A program made the position numbers and the translations under genes. The notes under the pieces are model-generated. The model had not been told where the DNA came from. It saw only the letters and a program-made list of their open reading frames with translations, and searched no databases. From contig OX597815.1 of NCBI GenBank assembly GCA_951406725.2, positions 110,174,001-110,238,000 on the forward strand: a stretch of 64,000 nucleotides of DNA, given 5' to 3'. Below, one piece after another: positions 55,429 to 64,000 of the stretch. Every line of letters starts with the position of its first letter. Within the stretch, counting starts at the first letter, position 1. The stretch is from Octopus vulgaris (lineage: Eukaryota).

Positions 55429-56189
55429 TATTATTGTACAATAACCTATTGTTCAAATAGATATAAAGCAGCTCTATACAAATAGATATGCAACAGGTCT
55501 ATACTTAGATTTCATAAAGATATTGAATGGAAAAAAATTGCTGGACTTGTAAGTGATGACGTCATCACAAATCTGTCTAATCAGATTTGTTATGAAGCTT
55601 ACAGAAAGCTAGCAGTTTGAGAACAACACAGCGACAGGCAGGAGACAAAGACCAGCTCATAGTGATATGTTAATGCTTGGTGGTATTCAATACCAACTTT
55701 TGTTCGACTACCAAAATATGAAGAGACTGTCAAACAGCCGAAACTGTTGATAACTTAAAATGGACATGATGTTAGAGACTACTCGCGTTTCCTCTTTCAT
55801 ATTCTCTCAATCTTATTCTACATATGTCTTTCATTCTCATATAATTACAGAACCAAGTGATAAAAAAAACAACTTGTCTAACCAAGCCACTACTTGAGAA
55901 TAACTTTCGTTACTTTGTCGTTTCTTATTTAATGATCATGCTCAGTACAATCTTTTAACAGTAAACACATAACGAATCGAAAATAACGGTTTCTCTCTCA
56001 TCCCTTCACTAACAACCCATTCATTTCTTATTTCTACTTTGGCGTATAAGTTTTTCAGAACCGGCTTTGTGTCAATCCCGATAATTTTTGTAACTTGATC
56101 TTGTACATCCTTTTACTCATTTGTCCCGCTTATAGCAAAATAAAGAAATCATCATAATTATTGTCATTTTGACATCTATTAAATGGATC

Positions 56190-56985
56190 GTGAACGGTAG
56201 AATTTGGTAGCGTACTGGACTAAATGCCTTGCGGTAAACTGTCACTTTATTTTGCAGTCTGTGTTCTAATCTTGCAGAGATTCATTCTACTTTTTATTTT
56301 TCAGGAGTGGAATATTGGAGTCATTTTAATCGACGAAACTTTCCTCGTAATTAGTGGGCTTCTGCCGATATAAGAAATTTCAAAGCTGTGGACAAGGAGA
56401 AACGCTAGAATGTTGGACAAAAGAACATGTATTTGCACTCGCCTTTTACTTTCTGAGCTCAAAACTTAGCGAGGCCAACGTTGCATTTCGTAGTTTCTGG
56501 ATCAGTAAATGGGCACCACTGAAGTACTGAGCCTAAATTTAACCGACAAAACTCATCCTCTAAAAGCATGAATATGATCATGCATTAGATCTTATGGTTA
56601 TTTCCAAACGTGCGATGAGTGGTACCATTGAGTAGAAAAGAGTAAAAAATATTCCATCTTGTATTTAATCACGTTTCTTTACATTCTAAGTTCGAATTCT
56701 AGCGTAATCGACTTTACCTTTTATTTTATAGGTTACTGAATAACGATTTAAAAAGGTTTCGGTAAAGTACTAGTTTCGATTTAATCGAGTAACTCTTGAG
56801 TCCAAAGTATCTGACATGCTGCCAATTGAGGGTGTCACGGTGGAAGAATCGTTAAAAACGATGGAAAAAAATATTTTTGGACTCTTTACGTTCAAAAACC
56901 ACCGAGTTCAATTTTACCTTTCATCTATATAGAATAAAGTACCAGTCAAGTTTATAAAACATCTAATCTGCTTGCCTTGCTCCTC
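56190..56985 (+). mobile_element. Four highly degraded head-to-tail copies of SINE family C
   Basis: About 200-bp periodic recurrence of TTAC.TTCTRAGYTC.AA...GAG.TC.A.TTT.C.TTT and TAATCGA motifs. Confidence 0.55.
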
Positions 56986-57008
56986 ACAACAACAACAACA
57001 ACAACAAT

Positions 57009-57039
<31 letters not shown>

Positions 57040-57144
57040 ACTTGTAGTAGCAGTAGCAACAGCAGTAGAAGCAGTGGCAGCAGCAGCACTAATAGTAATA
57101 GTAGTAGTTGTTGTAATACCAGTAGCAGCAGTAGCAGCAGTGGC

Positions 57145-57198
<54 letters not shown>

Positions 57199-57454
57199 TA
57201 AAGATAGCTTAGTAATATTTTTGCGAGCAGCAGAGGATAAAATACCTAGAATTACTCAGTGTGGTCCGAGGAAGATTTAACAGTTCTTTCTAGGATGCCG
57301 AAGAGCGGTGTACACCTATACTCACTGGTGAGTTAGTTTGTATTACGTTCAAAGTATAAACCCCACCAGGGTATTTTCTCTTTCATTCTTCTATGATTAA
57401 ATCAAAGAAAATACCAGTTGAATACCAGTTTCCTATTAATGTTACATCGTTTTC

Positions 57455-57665
57455 AGGCGGAGAGCTGGCAGAATCGTTAGCACACCGGGTGTTTAGCGGC
57501 AGTCTGTCCGTCTTCATGTTCTGGGTTCAAATTCCGCCGAGGCCGACTTTGCCTTTCATATTTTCGTGGTCGATAAAATAAGTACCAGTTGAACACTTGG
57601 GTCCATGTAATCGACTTACCCTCTCTCCCGAACTTGCTGACCTAGTGCCAAAATTTGAAATCAAT
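57455..57665 (+). mobile_element. SINE family C
   Basis: GGCGGAGAGCTGGCAGAATCGTTAGCAC head and shared body. Confidence 0.85.
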
Positions 57666-58305
57666 ACGTTACATCGTTTCCAAAATCCTACTGTCTCCTG
57701 TTTCTGCGTGGTGGATATTACTAATTTTACCATTGCATTACATTTTGTGTATCGTTGCTGGAACATTTGCTGTTGTTTCATTTTTATATAAACAAGAGCA
57801 ACAACAGCAAAGAACTGCAACAACAGCAACAGTTAAATAATAATAAACAAGCAACATAACCACAAGCAATTAACGACACACGCGACTGATATTCAGTAAC
57901 AAGCGCATAGGAGAAACATGAATAACACCAACAGCTGCCGTCAATAGTGAAGACGAAAGCGACAACATCGCCGAAAAACCGAGGCTTCTGTGACGCCGTA
58001 AGTAGCGCTGGTGGCATCACCGTCGATAGCGGTGATAGCAGCAGCGAAGGCGGTGACGAGAAGGGTAAATGACTGCGACGGTGGTGAAGTAAAGGAAGAA
58101 CGGCAGCAACATGCATTCAATGTTTGAAAGATGCTCCCCAGATAAGAATACATATACACATGTATGTATGCACGCGCTCGCGCACTCCCCCACACATAAT
58201 ATGCATATATATGTGTGTGTGTGTGTACATACATAGATATAAATGTATACAAACATAGATATGTATACATATGTGTATCTCTATCTCTCCCGTTTTCTCT
58301 CTGTC

Positions 58306-58414
<109 letters not shown>

Positions 58415-58425
58415 ATATATGTATA

Positions 58426-58553
<128 letters not shown>

Positions 58554-59368
58554 GGCAAAGAACAAAAAGATTTAGTAAATATAGCCAAATTGCGTGTTTG
58601 GTCTTCTGGTTGAAAGACCGTTGAAGTCTTAATTGATTTGGACAGCACAACAAACAAGACCAGCGCACAGAGACGGGTGGGTGGGGGTTAGAATGGCGTC
58701 AGAGATAAGCGGTGCTTTCGTTCGTCAATAGTCTGTGCAGAGGACAGACTCTCTGTAAAGGTGGGGGTTGGGATAAACATACGCCTCTCGACACCACCCA
58801 CTACAAAACTACATTGTAAGAATACAGCAAGACGAACCTCTCAAGTGTAATCGGCTCAAGTAACGACGTAAAGAAGTACCACCCCCACAAACATTTGTAT
58901 GCATGTGTATGTGCGTGTATGTGTGAACAGAAACATATACATTTATACACACACATATACGTACACATACAGATATGAATACATGCACACACACACATAT
59001 ACACATACATACCTATATACATTCATACATGCATATATATGCATAAAGATTGTACACATAATATTCTTTAACGAGGGTATAAAATAATGAACGTCGATGA
59101 AAAATATGATATATTGTTAGTGTAGAAGTATTAAGTTCAAACTGGAGAGGGTAAACGAAAGAGTGATGGGGAGAGAAATACACACACACACACACACACA
59201 CAAATATATGAGGTAGAACAGTTTATCCAATGCATAGACTTCACTTTGAAGTGGTCCAGATATTCAAATCTGAGGCGTTAGAATAATGTAGTAGTAAGTT
59301 GGGTCTAGGGCTGAATGAATATAAATGTATATATAAATTGAATTATCCTAAATTTGGTACTTACTTCT

Positions 59369-59422
<54 letters not shown>

Positions 59423-59446
59423 CAAACGTACATACATACATATATA

Positions 59447-59560
<114 letters not shown>

Positions 59561-59669
59561 TATAACATATATGCGTGCGTGCACATGTGTATTTCGATGT
59601 GTGTGTGAATGGAGAGTAAGGAGAAGGAGGGAGAAAGAGAGACTATGTAGGTGTTTGTATATATATATA

Positions 59670-59967
59670 TCTTTATATATAAAACTAAAGTTGTGTGTGT
59701 CTGTCTACTCCGATTTAGATTCCTAACTACTCCCACATTTTGTGGTGCAGTTTAACCAAAAGCGGGTATCTTATAGTCGTGATTCATATCGAGCTCTTCT
59801 GGGTATTAGCGCGCGTCTACGATGAGTCTACGATTTAAAAAAAATCTCCCATCATTTTTCCGCATTTTTAATGATTTTTGCTCGGTTATATAAGGGAAGT
59901 AACTCCCTAAAAATGCTTATATAGTTATTTCCCTTATAAACCCGTGCAACGCCGGGCGATACTGCTA

Positions 59968-59968
<1 letters not shown>
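59670..59968 (+). mobile_element. Non-autonomous Helitron
   Basis: a|TC 5' end, subterminal GC hairpin CCCGTGCAACGCCGGG, CTAG|t 3' end, inserted in (TA)n. Confidence 0.85.
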
Positions 59969-60014
<46 letters not shown>

Positions 60015-60017
<3 letters not shown>

Positions 60018-60995
60018 GGTATCCCAAACCTCACTGATGGGCTTCAATGTTTAATAACTTTACGAAGAAATGCATGAAATGTTGATACAATATAAAGGAC
60101 ATTATGGAAATTAATATGCATTAGTCAAATTTTGCAACACTGCTACATTACATGAAAATGACATCGCTTAAATGACAGCCATTTTTAGCTTCGCATGACC
60201 GTGCCCTCCTTCAGTTGCACAAAGTCTCCGGTTTGACGTAAAATCTCTCTTTCATTTATCCTCACAAGCAAAAATCCGGGCTAGTCGAGTCTGTGGAACG
60301 TGAAGGCCATTCAAAGTAGGCTTCACACATGGTTCCAGCAAGATGGGGAAACTGTTCATACCTATTTCTTTACTAGCCACAAGGGGCTAAACACAGGACA
60401 AACAAGGACCGACAAACAAGGACCGACAAAGGGATTAAGTCGATTACATCGACCTCAGTGCATAACTGGTACTTAATTTATCGACCCTGAAAGGATGAAA
60501 GGCAAAGTCAACTTCGGCGGAATTTGAACTCAGAACGTAACGGCAGACGAAATACAGCCACGAATTTTGCCCGGCGTGCTAACGTTTCTGCCAGCTCATC
60601 GCCTTAAAAACTGTTCATACCACAAGAGAAACTATGCAGTTGCTACGGCAGTTCTTTGGAGATAGAATAATTTTCTGTCACCGCAATGTCACGTTCCCCA
60701 AACTTGATTAGTCCGGACTTTTTCTTGTAGGTATACCTGAAGGAGAGGGTTTACGGCAGCAAATCGGATACCTTGGGGCAACTGAAAGAGAACAACAATA
60801 GAGAAATCAGAGAAGCGGTGTCTGAAACTCTTGAAGGAGTTATGGCGCAAGTCTTGCAAAAAGCATGGACGTGCGAAGCCGAATATGGCTGCCATTTAAG
60901 CGATGTCATTTTTCATATGTGATTTTGCAAAATTTGACTTGTGACTATTAATTTCTATTATATCCTTTATATTGTATCAAAATGTCATGTATTTG
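60015..60995. mobile_element. Fold-back Tc1/mariner derivative (two inverted transposase 3' ends) interrupted by a SINE
   Basis: ta|CAGGGT end. Plus strand WFQQDGETVHT/TRETMQLLRQFFGDRII..PDFFL*VYLKERVY..GCHLSDVIF; minus strand EWPSRSTDSTSPDFCL..GCHLSDVIF. Confidence 0.85.
60363..60607 (-). mobile_element. SINE family C with alternative tail and perfect 14-bp TSD
   Basis: AAACTGTTCATACC at 60349-62 and 60608-21. Confidence 0.92.
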
Positions 60996-61000
60996 TTTTA

Positions 61001-61876
61001 AGCGCAGGAGTGACCTTGTGGTAAAAAGCTTGCTTCTCAACCACATGCTTCTGGATTCAGTTCTACTGCGTGGAACCTTGGGCAAGTGTCTTCTATATCC
61101 TCGGGACGACGAAAGCCTTGTGAGTGAATTTAGTAGACGGAAAACTGGAAGAAGCCCTTCATATATATATATAATATATATGTTTGTATATATGTATGTA
61201 TTTGTGTGTCTTTATTTGTCCCCCACCATCACTTGACAACTGATGTTGGTGTGTTTACGTTCCCGTAACTTAGCGGCTCGACAAAAGAGAAAAATGGAAG
61301 AAGTACTAAGCTCAAAAAGAATAAGTCCTGGGCTCGATTTCTTCGACTAAAAGCGGTGCTGCAGCATGGCCGCAGCCAAATGATTGAAATAAAAGTATAA
61401 TACAATAGGTAGATATATACATGCATACATGCCTGTATGTACACATGGAGTGGCTGTATGGTAAGTAGCTTGTTTAACAACCACATGGTTCCGGGTTCAG
61501 TCCCATGGCAAGTGTTTTCTACTATAGCCTCGGGCCGACCAAAGCCTTGTGAGTGCATTTGGTAGACGGAAACTAAAAGACGCCTGTCGTATGTATATAT
61601 GTGTGTGTAGGGTGTGTGAGAGAGAGTGTGTGTATGTGTGTGAAAGAGAGAGTGTGTGTGTGTGTTTCTGTGTGTCTGTGTTTGTCCCCCCAACTCGCTT
61701 GACAACCGATGGTGGTGTGTTTACATCCCCGTAACCTAGAGGTTCGGTAAAAGAGAAAGATAGAATAATTACTAAGTTTACAAAGAATAAGTCCTGGGGT
61801 CGATTTTGCTCGATTAAAGGCGGTGCTCCAGCCTGGCCGCAGTAAAATGACTGAAACAAATAAAAGAATAAAAGAA
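61001..61876 (+). mobile_element. Two tandem SINE family B copies (61001-61395 and 61446-61876)
   Basis: Each has head, internal microsatellite and tail. Confidence 0.9.
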
Positions 61877-61910
61877 TGCATACATACAGGTATAGGTATC
61901 TATCTATTTA

Positions 61911-61946
<36 letters not shown>

Positions 61947-61947
<1 letters not shown>

Positions 61948-62223
61948 GAGGCGCAATGGTCCAGTGGTTAGGTTGTAGGATCGGGCGTTGTGAGTGTTTA
62001 TTGAGCGAAAACACCTAAAAAGCTCCACGAGACTCCGGCAGGGGGTGGTGATCCCTGCTGTTCTCTTTCACCACACTTTCTCCCACTCTTTCTTCTGTTG
62101 GCCTGCTCGCTTAGCCAGCGGGGTGGCGTCATTCGAAGGCTAAAAAAAAAAAACAATGCGAACGCATTGTGACCAGCGATGTGTAACAACATCTGATGGT
62201 CTGGTCGGTCACGTGATCACGTG

Positions 62224-62226
<3 letters not shown>
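61947..62226 (+). mobile_element. SINE family A, tail type 4
   Basis: Shared head (with a deletion) and body. Tail matches 15355-15478. Confidence 0.85.
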
Positions 62227-62288
<62 letters not shown>

Positions 62289-62439
62289 TATGCATATATA
62301 CATACGTGCGTGTGTGTGTGTGTGTGTGTGTGTGTAGCTACTTCAATTACATACATGCAGAAGATGAATTTATCTTGCTTTAAACGTCCAGAAATTAAAC
62401 AAATCAGATATGAAAATGTCAATAGAGCACTATTAAAGA

Positions 62440-62824
62440 ATAATACTTTCAGCAATTTTGAGGGGAGAGGAAGTCGAATACATGAATACAAGTGGTGAAA
62501 TGCTATTCGTTTTATCGAACTTGCAAGGATGAAAGACCAAGTCGACTTTTATGGAATTTGAACTTAGAACGTAAAGATGGCCGCAATGCCGCTAAGCATT
62601 GTGTCCGGCGTTCTAACGATTCTGCCAGCTCACTACTTTGATAATAATAGTAATAATGATTTCAGATTCTGGCACAAGGCAAGCAAGCTTAGGGATGGGA
62701 ATAAGTCGATTATATCGACCCTAGTGTTAAACTGCTACTAATTTTAATCGACTCCGATAAAGTCGACCTCGGCAGAATTTGAACTGAGAACGCCAAGACC
62801 GCTAAGCATGCAAGCTCACCGCCT
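62440..62824 (-). mobile_element. Two tandem SINE family C copies
   Basis: Reverse-complement body and head at 62440-62632 and 62660-62824. Confidence 0.8.
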
Positions 62825-64000
62825 TAAAAATTTGTTTTAAAATTTCAGTCTGGAAGGTTTGTTTCTACCCAAGTTTATGGTGGCACACACTTGTTCATGA
62901 TGTCACGAGTGATATTGAAACCAGGATATCGAGAATGCGAAGCAAACTTTAAAACACGATTAAGACAACCAAATAATCCTTAATGGACCTCCGATCACGG
63001 ACTGATTCCTGTTCTCATAAAACTCTTCAATATATATCTGCTTATCATGTATGATCATTTACGATTTGGCTTGACAGTGACGCGCTGGTCATACAAAACA
63101 GATTTGATAGTGCTTGCCCCGGCCAAGGGATTGTCACCTGGTATTGCTCGTTCGTCACAACAACCCTTTAATTAATTCAAGCTTATTGCCTCTCTTTGTA
63201 AACTTACTAATTCCCCAGTTATTTGCGCTACAATATAAACTGAATTTATCAATTCAATTTATATATGATACATACTTTAATCTTTACCTAAACGCACCGC
63301 TACATAATGCTCGCGTCATCGTACGTCTTTATCTTTGTCTACTTGCTCAGTACTGTTTATACACAGATAATTAAAAAAAACGTAACTATGAGTATAATCA
63401 CCAATACAATCGAATCACTGACTGCACATTTGTCATCTATCTCGTGAATGAGACGATGGTGAAAAAAATCCCCTTCTACGTCATTATGTGTAACAAGAAT
63501 CAGCAGTTCAATTTTGGGGTACCAGATTCTTAAGGTTTCTATCTGTAACATACTCGTATAGTCATATCTTCAAGAATCAATTTACTGTTCGTCGTAGCAG
63601 CAAATCAGGAAAGAAACCTCCTAAAGTATATATATCCCATGTTTCTAACACATATTTGCCTGTTTTATAACAAAATATTTTTGTGATAAAATAAGCTAAG
63701 ATAAGCCTTTATTAGATACTAAATTCACTCGAAACTTCAGGAGCTATCAACGGTGTTTTCTTCAATTCGATTGGATGTTTTCTTTCGTATCGTTAAGCTT
63801 CCATTTATATATAATTTGCGCTAATTCTTGCGGCAATTGAGTAGTGCTTGCTTTCATACCTACAGGTGACAGAAATTTAAAATGAACAAAACAGTAAACC
63901 TCTACCTGTAAATGGACGGAAATTATTCAAATATTTTGAAAACTGCTTCCGTAACTTAGCTTAAAATTACAGTTTACCTCATTCCATATTATGATGCTAA

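Noticed and set aside
62900-63900. Complex sequence that might be a decayed coding region
   Set aside because: No recognisable motifs in the frames I translated.

Overview
AT-rich eukaryotic DNA saturated with microsatellites. I found no host protein-coding gene, so it is probably intergenic or deep intronic. The SINE families and the (TA)n/(CA)n/(TAA)n density point to a coleoid cephalopod, most likely Octopus (inference). Almost all ORFs in the supplied track are microsatellite artefacts. The recognisable content is mobile DNA: (1) one CR1-group LINE with an uninterrupted endonuclease+RT frame (40845-43803, minus); (2) a 5'-truncated Tx1/L1-clade LINE inside a (TATC)n array; (3) remnants of R4/Dong, Hero, Penelope-like, piggyBac, Tc1/mariner, Helitron and possibly Academ elements; (4) three SINE families; (5) several palindromic MITEs. 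The best second-look items are a canonical type I hammerhead ribozyme at 2424-2505 with several decayed relatives beside (TA)n arrays, an 854-bp palindrome carrying TTAGGG repeats in each arm, two SINE-LINE shared 3' tails visible within the window, one SINE head/body carrying four different tails, and a 215-bp local sequence captured between short inverted termini. All alignments and translations were done by eye, and family names come from remembered motifs, not database searches.
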